Of a stretch of 34,567 bases of DNA, positions 7,870 through 16,181 are shown one piece after another; the first letter of the stretch is position 1, and each line of letters begins with the position of its first letter. The translations under genes were made by a program, and so were the position numbers. The notes beneath the pieces were generated by a model. That model did no database searches and was not told where the DNA came from. It worked only from the letters and a program-made list of their open reading frames with translations. Source of the stretch: a virus (taxonomy: Duplodnaviria > Caudoviricetes); the IMG/VR virus record IMGVR_UViG_3300017707_001436, positions 1-34,567 of that record; one strand, 5' to 3'.

Positions 7870-7995
7870 AAGCAGAACGCGCGAGCGGGACGCGAAGCCG
7901 GTGGCCTTGTGCTACCAAATGAATAGCATAAGGACTAGGCCTGCAAAGGCCGAAACCGGATTGCAGACCCACTGCGGCCACGGCGATATGTGGTA
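7870..7995 (+). ncRNA. Structured 5' leader of the scaffold/capsid operon; partial c-di-GMP-I (GEMM)-like motif
   Basis: Hairpins CGC-GCGA-GCG, CCTTGTGCTA/TAGCATAAGG, GGCCT-GCAA-AGGCC, CCGGT/ACCGG, TGCAG/CTGCG and CCAC/GTGG. GGGACGCGAAGCC resembles the GEMM core GGGACGCAAAGCC. Confidence 0.45.
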
Positions 7996-8007
7996 AACGG
8001 GACAAGC

Positions 8008-9069
8008 ATGCCGACTACAAACGGGGATTTTTACGGCGGTGTTGACGCCGCACTCACAGCAGAGCAGGCAGCCGAGGCAATGCGCCTCGCTGAATCGGGC
8101 GATACCAGCCACCTTGGCTTGGAACCAGGTACCGGGCCCACCGGCACCACTGCAGGCAGTGAGAGCGACAAAGGCAGCACGACCACCACGGACGAACTGA
8201 AGACGGGCGACGCAGCCACGACCACGAAGGACGCAGCCACCGGTGCAGCGGCCATTCCTGAAGACCAGCAGACGGCGGCCAACACCACCATCCTGGCGCG
8301 GGACGGCAAGCACACCATCGGTTTCGACCAACTGGAGAAGGCGCGGCGCCAACGCGACGATACGGCTGCAGCGTTGCAACTGGCTCAATCCGAGCTGGCA
8401 ACGTTGCGCGCACAGGCAGAGCAGCGCGCGGCGCAGGGGCAAGCTCCCACCAAGATGGACAACCTCACGGCCAAGGCCGAAGAGGCCATCGCGGAGGGTG
8501 CGGACCCTGAGCTTTTCGGGGATTTCTCCGAAGCTGCAATGGTCAAGGGCATCACGACCCTGGTGAACCGCCTGGTTCCCCAGATCGCGGAGAAGGTAGT
8601 CGGCGACAAGCTGGCCCCCATCCAACAGCGTGAAGCCCAGACCGCTGCCAATGCCCACGAAGCCGAAATCTTCGCGGCCCACCCGAACGCGCTGGACATC
8701 GTGCAGAGCACGGAGTTCAAGGCCTGGGTGGAATCCATGCCCAAGGCGGCGCAAGCCGGCATCTGGGCACAGTTCGACGCCGAGACTGGTGGTACTGCGA
8801 CCGAGATTGTGGACACGCTCAATGCGTACACGAAATCGAGCGCGGCACCGAAGGGAACCCCAACCGCAGCAGCGCCCGCCAGCGCTGCTGCAGCGACCGC
8901 ACCGAAGGGTATTGACCCGCCTATCAGCCTCACCGGGATTCCCGGGGGCCGAGCAGACGCCAACACCCCGAACGAGCGCATCGCAGAAATGGATGGTGCT
9001 TCGATGATGCACGCGACGGAACACATGACCGCCGCGCAGCTCGAGGCCTTTTTGAACCAGCAGCTCTAA
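8008..9069 (+). CDS. Capsid scaffolding protein (putative)
   Basis: Acidic, Ala/Thr-rich and coiled-coil; ILARDGKHTI, HEAEIFAAHPNA...STEFKAWV and PISLTGIPGG motifs; directly precedes the major capsid gene. Confidence 0.8.
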   Translation: MPTTNGDFYGGVDAALTAEQAAEAMRLAESGDTSHLGLEPGTGPTGTTAGSESDKGSTTTTDELKTGDAATTTKDAATGAAAIPEDQQTAANTTILARDGKHTIGFDQLEKARRQRDDTAAALQLAQSELATLRAQAEQRAAQGQAPTKMDNLTAKAEEAIAEGADPELFGDFSEAAMVKGITTLVNRLVPQIAEKVVGDKLAPIQQREAQTAANAHEAEIFAAHPNALDIVQSTEFKAWVESMPKAAQAGIWAQFDAETGGTATEIVDTLNAYTKSSAAPKGTPTAAAPASAAAATAPKGIDPPISLTGIPGGRADANTPNERIAEMDGASMMHATEHMTAAQLEAFLNQQL

Positions 9070-9079
9070 GGAGGTCAGC

Positions 9080-10375
9080 ATGCCAGCGACCAAAACCAAC
9101 GTAGCGTCCGGCCAGACCGGCGCGATGATCCAGCAGGCCGTAGGTGTCTTCCACGTTGCGATGCAACGCAACACGACGCTGAACCGCCTGACGGGCAAAA
9201 TGCCCACCATCGAAAGCGCCATTGCCGGCGTCAAGCGCCAGTCCAAGCCCACGATGCCTATCGTGCGCGCCGAGGATCTGTCCAAGAACAAGGGTGACGA
9301 AATCACCTTCCACCTGGACAACCCGATCAGCGGCTACCCAATCATGGGTGGCGAGTACGCTGAAGGCCGTGGCGTGGGTATGTCGTTCAGCGAAGACCGG
9401 ATGCGCATCAACCAGGCGCGCTTCCCTGTGGACATGGGCAACACCATGACCCAGATCCGCTCGCCTTACGACCTGCGCCGCCTGGGCCGTCCGAAGGCGC
9501 AGCAGCTGATGAACGACTACCTGGACCAGTCCACCCTGGTCCACCTGGCAGGCGCTCGCGGCTACCACGACAACAAGATCGAATGGCGCGTGCCGCTGGC
9601 TTCGCACCCCCGCTTTGCGGAAATCATGGTGAACCGCGTCAAGGCGCCCACCAAGAACCGCCACCTGGTGGCCGCGGCCGGTAGCGTGAGCGAGCCCGTG
9701 AACAACGCCGGTGAACTGACCATCGCCACCACCGACCTGTTCAACATGACCATCGTGGACGCCCTGCGTTCGTGGATGGACCAGATCACGCTGCCACCCC
9801 CACCCGTCGAATTCGACGGCGACCAGGCCGCCACCGACAGCCCCATCCGTGTGGCCCTGGTGTCGCCTGCCCAGTACAGCGGCTTCGCCACCGATCCGAA
9901 CTTCCGCACCTACCAGGCCAACGCCATGCAGCGTGCCCGCCTGGCCAAGGATCACCCGCTCTTCCTGGGCGACGTGGGCCTGTGGAACGGCATTCTGATC
10001 GTGAAGATGCCCAAGCCGATCCGGTTCTACGCTGGCGACACGATGCAAATCTGCGCCTCGTACACCACCGAGACGGAAACCAGCGTGATCATCCCTGCAT
10101 CGTTCGGCACCACCTTCGCTGTGGACCGCGCGATTCTGCTGGGCGGCCAGGCGCTGGTGCAGGCCTTCGGCAAGTCGGAGCATTCCGGCATGCCGTTCTT
10201 CTGGTCCGAAGTCACGGCCGACCACGGCGACAAGATGGAAATCTTGATCGGCGCCATCCTGGGCATGTCCAAGGTGCGCTTCGCGGTCGACGCTGGCGAG
10301 TCGGCACCCATCATCACCGACCACGGTGTGACGGTGCTCGACACGGCGGTGAAGATCATCAAGGCGCGCGGCTAA
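9080..10375 (+). CDS. Major capsid protein (N4-gp56/DUF4043-like)
   Basis: Strong RBS TAAGGAGG; 431 aa with DLSKNKGDEITF, HPLFLGDVGLWNGILI, RAILLGGQAL and DHGVTVLDT; highly biased codons. Confidence 0.92.
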   Translation: MPATKTNVASGQTGAMIQQAVGVFHVAMQRNTTLNRLTGKMPTIESAIAGVKRQSKPTMPIVRAEDLSKNKGDEITFHLDNPISGYPIMGGEYAEGRGVGMSFSEDRMRINQARFPVDMGNTMTQIRSPYDLRRLGRPKAQQLMNDYLDQSTLVHLAGARGYHDNKIEWRVPLASHPRFAEIMVNRVKAPTKNRHLVAAAGSVSEPVNNAGELTIATTDLFNMTIVDALRSWMDQITLPPPPVEFDGDQAATDSPIRVALVSPAQYSGFATDPNFRTYQANAMQRARLAKDHPLFLGDVGLWNGILIVKMPKPIRFYAGDTMQICASYTTETETSVIIPASFGTTFAVDRAILLGGQALVQAFGKSEHSGMPFFWSEVTADHGDKMEILIGAILGMSKVRFAVDAGESAPIITDHGVTVLDTAVKIIKARG

Positions 10376-10381
10376 TTGCCA

Positions 10382-10403
10382 GGGGCCGGGTCCGCCCGGC
10401 TCC
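10382..10403 (+). other. Intergenic GC hairpin after the capsid gene (mRNA stabiliser or weak attenuator)
   Basis: GGGGCCGGG-TCCG-CCCGGCTCC with no U tract. Confidence 0.5.
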
Positions 10404-10437
10404 ACGCTTCCACATCAACGAAATTTAGGAGGCCACC

Positions 10438-10923
10438 ATGGCAACCAAAACCATTCAGGGCATGAACATCCAGCAGTTCGGCGGCATCGGCATGGCGCTG
10501 TACGGCAACGTCACGAACTACGTCTACACCATGCTGACCAACAGCTCCGGTGCAGTCGTGGGTTCCGACTCGACCACTGCGATCGCCGACGGCGACGAAG
10601 TGATCCTGGGCGTGCTGCCGCAGGGCATGACGCTGCATGACTCCCTGCTGATCGTGTCCGACGCCTTCACGGCCGCAACGGTGGCCAAAATCGGCTTCCG
10701 CTACGCCGACGGCCTGAACGACACCACCGTGCCCAACGACGACGACTATTTCGGCTCCGCCCTGGTGACGAACGCTGTTGGTCGCCTGCGCAACGCCACC
10801 ACGAACCCGCCCGTGAAGCTGGCGCGCGAAGCGCTGCTGGTGCTCACCTCGAGCGGCGCTGCGCACGCATCCGTCGGCCGCCTGGACTTCATCGTCACCG
10901 GCGAGCGCTTCGGTCCGAAGTAA
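10438..10923 (+). CDS. Virion structural protein (capsid decoration/cement-like)
   Basis: RBS AGGAGG; beta-rich 161 aa directly after the capsid gene; GDEVILGVLPQGMTL motif. Confidence 0.7.
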   Translation: MATKTIQGMNIQQFGGIGMALYGNVTNYVYTMLTNSSGAVVGSDSTTAIADGDEVILGVLPQGMTLHDSLLIVSDAFTAATVAKIGFRYADGLNDTTVPNDDDYFGSALVTNAVGRLRNATTNPPVKLAREALLVLTSSGAAHASVGRLDFIVTGERFGPK

Positions 10924-10938
10924 TCGGCTGGAGAATGT

Positions 10939-10970
10939 GGGCGGGCACCAGCAATGGGCCCGCCCCTTTT
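10939..10970 (+). terminator. Probable intrinsic terminator after the head genes
   Basis: GGGCGGGC-A-CCA-GCAA-TGG-GCCCGCCC followed by CTTTT. Confidence 0.65.
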
Positions 10971-10990
10971 CGCATCTACAGGAGAGCATC

Positions 10991-11494
10991 ATGACCGTGA
11001 CGAACAAGCACCCCACGCACCGCGACGTGACCTACATCGGCAAGGAAGACCCGTTTGTGGACCGCAACTACGGTTCCAACCTGGACTTTGTGCCGGGCCA
11101 GTCCCGCACGGTGCCGGCCGCCCTGGCCGCGCGCTTCCTGCTGCACACCGACTGCTTCGAGGAATCGAAGGGCGAGACTGAAGCCGCCAAGGCCGCCGCC
11201 AAGCTGGCCGATGACAACGCCAAGAAGTCGGAAAAGCAGCTCAAGGACGAGTTGAAGGCCAAGGAGCAGGAAGACACCGACGCCAAGCTGGCCGAGCAGC
11301 AGCGCCTGGAGGACGAGCGCCGCAAGCGCGAAGATGCCATCTTCGAGCAGCACAACCTGATCGACGGCTTGAAGAAGGCCGAGCTGCTGGACTTCATCAA
11401 GGACAACTACAAGGAAGTGGTGGACTCCAAGCGCACCGTTCCTGACCTGCGCGCGCACGCCAAGAGCCTGGTGGACGCCCAAGGCATCATCTAA
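10991..11494 (+). CDS. Hypothetical phage protein, charged coiled coil with small C-terminal helical domain
   Basis: RBS AGGAGAG before ATG 10991; lies in the head-completion position. Confidence 0.75.
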   Translation: MTVTNKHPTHRDVTYIGKEDPFVDRNYGSNLDFVPGQSRTVPAALAARFLLHTDCFEESKGETEAAKAAAKLADDNAKKSEKQLKDELKAKEQEDTDAKLAEQQRLEDERRKREDAIFEQHNLIDGLKKAELLDFIKDNYKEVVDSKRTVPDLRAHAKSLVDAQGII

Positions 11495-11506
11495 GCGAGT
11501 TGCGGC

Positions 11507-12202
11507 ATGAACCTCGAAGAACTTATTCGCAGCTTCCGCGCGCTTTCCAGGGACAAGTACAAGGGCAATGGGCAGACCGATCTGCTCACCCTGGACGAAG
11601 ACCTGAAGGAATGGCTCAACGAAGCACAGGACGAGGCCTGCGTGCGGGCGCGCCTGATCCGCGAAGAGTCCCTTGCAGAGGTATGCCGCATCCCGCTGAC
11701 CGTGGGCACTCACACCTACGCGCTGCACCCGAGCGTGTACGAAATCATCAACATCGGCCTGCTGCCGGGCAACGGCATGCCGCGCCGTGACCTGGAGCTG
11801 CGCACGCGCGAGTGGCTGGACGCCTACGACTGCGGCTGGCGCGACTGGGACACCCGCGGGCGCATCCCGGCCCAGTTCGTGATCCAGGACGACACCAGCA
11901 TCCGCATCGCGGGCTACAGCGAGCTGGATGACCAGGTGGTGCTGGAGTGCTACCGCATGCCGCTGGCGCCCATGGTGGACGATACCGACGTGCCAGAGAT
12001 CCACCGGGCCCACCACCGCTACCTGGTGCAGTGGGCCCTCCACCGTGCCTTCGGCGTGCCCGACAGCGACCTGTTCGACCCTGACCGCTCCGAGAAGGCG
12101 AACCGGGAGTTCACTGCCCACTTCGGGCTGCCGGTAGACGCTGACCTGCGCCGCACCACGCGCATCGACGTTCCCCACCACACCACCCAATCTATCGTTT
12201 AG
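11507..12202 (+). CDS. Head-tail adaptor / neck protein
   Basis: MNLEELIRSFR...WLNEAQDEAC...PEIHRAHHRYLVQWALHRAF...F is a typical podovirus adaptor pattern. Confidence 0.75.
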   Translation: MNLEELIRSFRALSRDKYKGNGQTDLLTLDEDLKEWLNEAQDEACVRARLIREESLAEVCRIPLTVGTHTYALHPSVYEIINIGLLPGNGMPRRDLELRTREWLDAYDCGWRDWDTRGRIPAQFVIQDDTSIRIAGYSELDDQVVLECYRMPLAPMVDDTDVPEIHRAHHRYLVQWALHRAFGVPDSDLFDPDRSEKANREFTAHFGLPVDADLRRTTRIDVPHHTTQSIV

Positions 12203-12214
12203 GAGCAGACCACC

Positions 12215-13009
12215 ATGTCCAACACTTCCTACCCGCTGGGCATGCAGGCCGCACTGAGTGCCGGCGTGAACCTGCCCAGCGCCACCGTCAAAGCCTACCT
12301 GATCGCCAACTCCTACACCTACGACGGCACCGACCAGTATGTGGCCGACTGGGGCACCACCATCGGCACCGCACAGACCCTGGCGAGCAAGTCCATCACG
12401 AACGGCATTTTCGACGCCGACGACGTGGATTTCGGCGCCATCGCCTCTGGCACTATCAAGGCCGTCGGCATCGCCATCGACACCGGAAACACCAGCACCA
12501 GCCCTGTACTGTTCTATTTCGACACCGGCAGCGGCCTGCCCCTGGTGGCCAACGGCGGCAACGTCAACATCCCTTGGAACAACGGGGCCGACAAGATCGT
12601 GCACCTGGACGCGCCTTTCTACCCTAAGGGCGCAGAAAAGGTGTGGTCGGCCGCCATCAACATGGCCACGGACGATATCCGCGCCATCCTGGTGCCCAGC
12701 TCTTACGTGTACGACGCTGCGCACGACTTCCTGGACGATATCGCCAGCATCGTCGGCTCTGCTGTGGCGCTCAGCAGCAAGAGCGTGACCAACGGTGTGT
12801 TCGATGCGGCCGACGCCGATTTCGGCACCATCGCATCTGGCAGCACCATCGGCAGCGTGGTGATCTACAAGCACACCGGCACACCGAGCACCAGCCCCCT
12901 GCTGATGCGCTTCACTGACGTGGTGGGCTTGCCGCTGGCCACCAACGGCGCGGGCATCCTGCTGCAGTGGTCCAACGGCGCGGCCAAGATCGTCAGCTTG
13001 GTGCCGTAA
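12215..13009 (+). CDS. Tail-associated structural protein made of two tandem ~130-aa domains
   Basis: RBS AGGAG; duplicated YPxG...SKSxTNGxFDAxDxDFG...TSP...GLPLxxNG...WxNGAxKI. Confidence 0.75.
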   Translation: MSNTSYPLGMQAALSAGVNLPSATVKAYLIANSYTYDGTDQYVADWGTTIGTAQTLASKSITNGIFDADDVDFGAIASGTIKAVGIAIDTGNTSTSPVLFYFDTGSGLPLVANGGNVNIPWNNGADKIVHLDAPFYPKGAEKVWSAAINMATDDIRAILVPSSYVYDAAHDFLDDIASIVGSAVALSSKSVTNGVFDAADADFGTIASGSTIGSVVIYKHTGTPSTSPLLMRFTDVVGLPLATNGAGILLQWSNGAAKIVSLVP

Positions 13010-13018
13010 GGAGCCGCC

Positions 13019-14122
13019 GTGCAGCTCTACTTCAACAACGCAGCGACCACGCTGGACGGCGGTATCGACGGCTCGCAGACCACCATCACTGTCACCGGCG
13101 ACCCCACGCGCGAGGGCACGGTGGATGGGTTCAGCGGTGCGGCCAGCGCCAGCAACTGGCAATTGGCCACGCTGGTGGACCTTTCCGACCCAGGCAACTA
13201 CGAGGTGGTCAAAATCACCGACGTGACCGGGCTGACCTTTACCGTCGAACGCGGTGTGGAGGGCACGGCGCAAGCCTGGGGCGATGGCACGCAAATCTCT
13301 GCCCGACTCACGGCCGGCGCAATGGCTTGGGTGCCGCAGCGCCATCCCGACACCAGCCTAATGCGCTTTGACGACTCGGCGGGCACGGGCCGGTCCTTCA
13401 TCCTGGGCGCTGGCGAGATGGACGACGACACGCGGGGCAGCAATTCCCTGGTGCTGGCCGGGCGCTCGCGCATCGTTGACGGCGTGGTGCTGGGCGGCTG
13501 GTCCACGCTGCAGCACATGCGGTCCTTCAGCAGCGCCGCCAGCGGGGCCTTCGACCGCAATATGGCCTTCGAGTCGGTGGGCCGCAGCCTTCCGATGGAC
13601 CTGGGCACGGCCCCGGACTGGGTGCCAGATGGCGCCTACTACCGCGGCGCCGTGGTCGAGCCCACCACGCCAGACGGCTACCAATACTGGCTGGACATCA
13701 CCAGCATCGAGAACAACAGCTCCAACGCGGGCAGCACCGAGCCGACCTGGAACAACGCGGGCGCCACGGTGGTGGCCAACGGCAACTGGTACCCCACGCT
13801 CAAGCCCGTGGACATCACCACGGGTGACCTGCGCGACATCCTCATCACCGAGGTGGGCTTCGTGGCCTACAAGTACGACGCCAGCAGCCCGCCCGTGGTG
13901 GACATCGGCACCGAGGCGGACACCACGCGCTTCGCCAACGGCGTGACGCTGAGCCAGATCACTGGCGATGGCACCGTGCACCGCATCCCGCTGACGACGG
14001 GTGGCGCGCTGGTCAGCGGCGAGGGCCTGCGCATCAGCGTGGACACTGCAGCCGCTGGTGGCCGCTGCCTGGGCTTCCTGTACTGGAAGGGCATCTTCAT
14101 CGAGGCTGACCCCGGCTACTGA
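13019..14122 (+). CDS. Tail fibre/spike-like structural protein
   Basis: GTG start after AAGGAG. N-terminal NNAATTL...EVVKITDVTGLTFTVERGVEGTAQAW module is common in fibre N-termini; internal W...Y..G..V...TEPTW carbohydrate-binding-like motif. Confidence 0.7.
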   Translation: MQLYFNNAATTLDGGIDGSQTTITVTGDPTREGTVDGFSGAASASNWQLATLVDLSDPGNYEVVKITDVTGLTFTVERGVEGTAQAWGDGTQISARLTAGAMAWVPQRHPDTSLMRFDDSAGTGRSFILGAGEMDDDTRGSNSLVLAGRSRIVDGVVLGGWSTLQHMRSFSSAASGAFDRNMAFESVGRSLPMDLGTAPDWVPDGAYYRGAVVEPTTPDGYQYWLDITSIENNSSNAGSTEPTWNNAGATVVANGNWYPTLKPVDITTGDLRDILITEVGFVAYKYDASSPPVVDIGTEADTTRFANGVTLSQITGDGTVHRIPLTTGGALVSGEGLRISVDTAAAGGRCLGFLYWKGIFIEADPGY

Positions 14123-14130
14123 GGAACCAC

Positions 14131-15003
14131 ATGAACTTCACCGTACTCAACGGGGCGGCCCTCAACGCCAGCATCGAGGACGGTGTGGGCGGCCTGGTCC
14201 TGACGCTTGGCGGCATCCACACTGCCGCGAACGGCTTGGCCGTGGCCGGCGATGTCGCCCTGGTGATGGGACCGATGCGCATTGGCACATCGCTTTCCTT
14301 CGCCGGCCTGCAACTGGCCAGCACTGGCACCCACAACCTGATGCTGAACATGGACATCGTTCTTGCTGGACTGGTGCTGACGACGGGCGGCGTGCACACC
14401 GCAAAGATGACCATCGCCCAGGCGGACGCGGACCCAGCGCTGAAGATGGGCCCGTTCACGCTGACCAATGGCGAGGACATCTCCATCGGCCTGCCCAGCC
14501 TGGTGCTGGGGCGCAACGGGTTCCACTCCATCAGCGCGGGCGCCATCCTCCCGAGCGACACCACCCTGCAGGCCCTGGGCCACCGGCCATTGGTGCTGGG
14601 GCCCTTCACGCTGAGCGCTGGAAGCCTGGCGCTCACGGCAGGCGACAAGGTGGCGCTGAAGATGGGCGGCCTGAGCACGCGCGTGGGCATCACGGCGGGC
14701 GGCGACACGGCGCTGTTGCTGGGAGGCCTGGGCACGGTGCAGGTCACGTTGGCAGCAGGCGGCGCGAGCGCCCTGAAAATGGGCGGCGTCAGCACCGCCG
14801 TCGGTATCACCATCGGCGGCCTGGTGCTGGGCCGGCATGGCGCCCCCACCATTGAGGTGGAGGGCATCACGCTGACTGCTGGCGGCTACACCCCGCTCAA
14901 GCTGGGCGGCCTGGGCGCAGCGCCCACCATCGGGCTGCGCGCACGCCAGCATTTCGCCCTGAAGATGGGCGGTCTTTCTGTCAACCGGGGCAACGCATGC
15001 TGA
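14131..15003 (+). CDS. Gly/Leu/Thr-rich repetitive virion protein
   Basis: RBS GAGG; starts MNFTVLNGAALN; recurring L[KV][ML]G[GPR] units. Confidence 0.7.
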   Translation: MNFTVLNGAALNASIEDGVGGLVLTLGGIHTAANGLAVAGDVALVMGPMRIGTSLSFAGLQLASTGTHNLMLNMDIVLAGLVLTTGGVHTAKMTIAQADADPALKMGPFTLTNGEDISIGLPSLVLGRNGFHSISAGAILPSDTTLQALGHRPLVLGPFTLSAGSLALTAGDKVALKMGGLSTRVGITAGGDTALLLGGLGTVQVTLAAGGASALKMGGVSTAVGITIGGLVLGRHGAPTIEVEGITLTAGGYTPLKLGGLGAAPTIGLRARQHFALKMGGLSVNRGNAC

Positions 15004-16181
15004 CCTTCGAGGAATTTTCAGGCATCAACAACGTGCTGCCCGAGCACCGCCTGGGCGGCAGCGACATGCTGGTGGCCAAGGACGTGGACATCGGCCTGAC
15101 GGGCGAGGTGCGCCGCCGCGGCGGCTTTACCGAGGAAGACGACACCTGCCACAAGAACCTGCACAACGCCCACGGCTACCCCGCCAAGGGCTTCCAGCTG
15201 GCGACTACCGGCGACGCGCTGATCGCCATCCACCCGGGCGGCGCGCAGCATGTCATCCACCCGGCGATGGGTTCCAGCCGCATCTGGTATTGCGACCTGC
15301 CCGACGGCCGCACCACCTTCACGAACGGCTCCCAAAACGGCATCACCGATGGCCTGGTGGGGCGCGAGCACAGCGTGCGCCCGCCCGACAGCCTGGGCGC
15401 GACCGATGATGCCTTTGGCCAGCTCAACCCGGGCAGCTACCGATACGAGCTCACCATGCGGCGCCTGGCCGACGGGGTGGAAAGCCCATCCATCCTGTCC
15501 GGCCCGTTCACCGTCACCAATGGCGGCTTCCGCCTGGACGGACTGACCGAGCGCGATGGCCATGAGGTGCTGATCTACCTGACCACCGAGAACGGCAAGG
15601 AGTGCATGCTGATTGGCAGCACCACCACCGGCAACTTCGAGTGGGGCGGCAAGAATTCCGACATCACCCTGCTGCCATGCCGCACGACCGGCACGCAGAT
15701 GTTCCCCGTGGGCACGTACACCGCGTTCTGGCGCGGGCGCCTGCTGGTGGCCGTGGGCAACACGATCTGGGCCAGCCGGCCGGGCAATCCGCACCTGTCT
15801 GAGTGGCGCCTGTTCAAACAGATGTCGGCCCTGCTCACCATGCTGCAAGCGGTGGATGATGGCATCTACGTGGGCACCCCCGAGGATCTGATCTGGCTGG
15901 GCGGCACGACCTGGGAAGGCCTGGGCTACCGGCCCACGCGCCAGGGCCCCGTGGTGCCAGGCAGCGGCGTGCAGGCGCCGGGCGACCAGGTGCGCATGGG
16001 CGACGGCAGCGGCGGCGGCACGGCCATGCTGTGCATCGCAGGCGGCGAAATCGTGGCCGGCTTCAGTGGCGGCAGCGTTTCCAGCCTGACCAGCAAGCGG
16101 TACCGCACCGACGCCACCGAGGTGTGCGCCACCTTCCGCCTGGTGGATGACATCCCCCAGTACATCGCCATTCCGCAATGA
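14997..16181 (+). CDS. Tail nozzle/stabilisation-like beta-rich protein
   Basis: Starts FSGINNV...DVDIGLTGEVRRRGG as in podovirus nozzle proteins; WRGRLLVAVGNTIWAS propeller-like strands; overlaps both neighbours. Confidence 0.7.
   Translation: MLTFEEFSGINNVLPEHRLGGSDMLVAKDVDIGLTGEVRRRGGFTEEDDTCHKNLHNAHGYPAKGFQLATTGDALIAIHPGGAQHVIHPAMGSSRIWYCDLPDGRTTFTNGSQNGITDGLVGREHSVRPPDSLGATDDAFGQLNPGSYRYELTMRRLADGVESPSILSGPFTVTNGGFRLDGLTERDGHEVLIYLTTENGKECMLIGSTTTGNFEWGGKNSDITLLPCRTTGTQMFPVGTYTAFWRGRLLVAVGNTIWASRPGNPHLSEWRLFKQMSALLTMLQAVDDGIYVGTPEDLIWLGGTTWEGLGYRPTRQGPVVPGSGVQAPGDQVRMGDGSGGGTAMLCIAGGEIVAGFSGGSVSSLTSKRYRTDATEVCATFRLVDDIPQYIAIPQ

Noticed and set aside
7898-7959. Hammerhead ribozyme (stem-GGCC-GAAAC three-way junction)
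   Set aside because: The CUGANGA core is absent (ACUA instead) and the cleavage triplet would be GUG.
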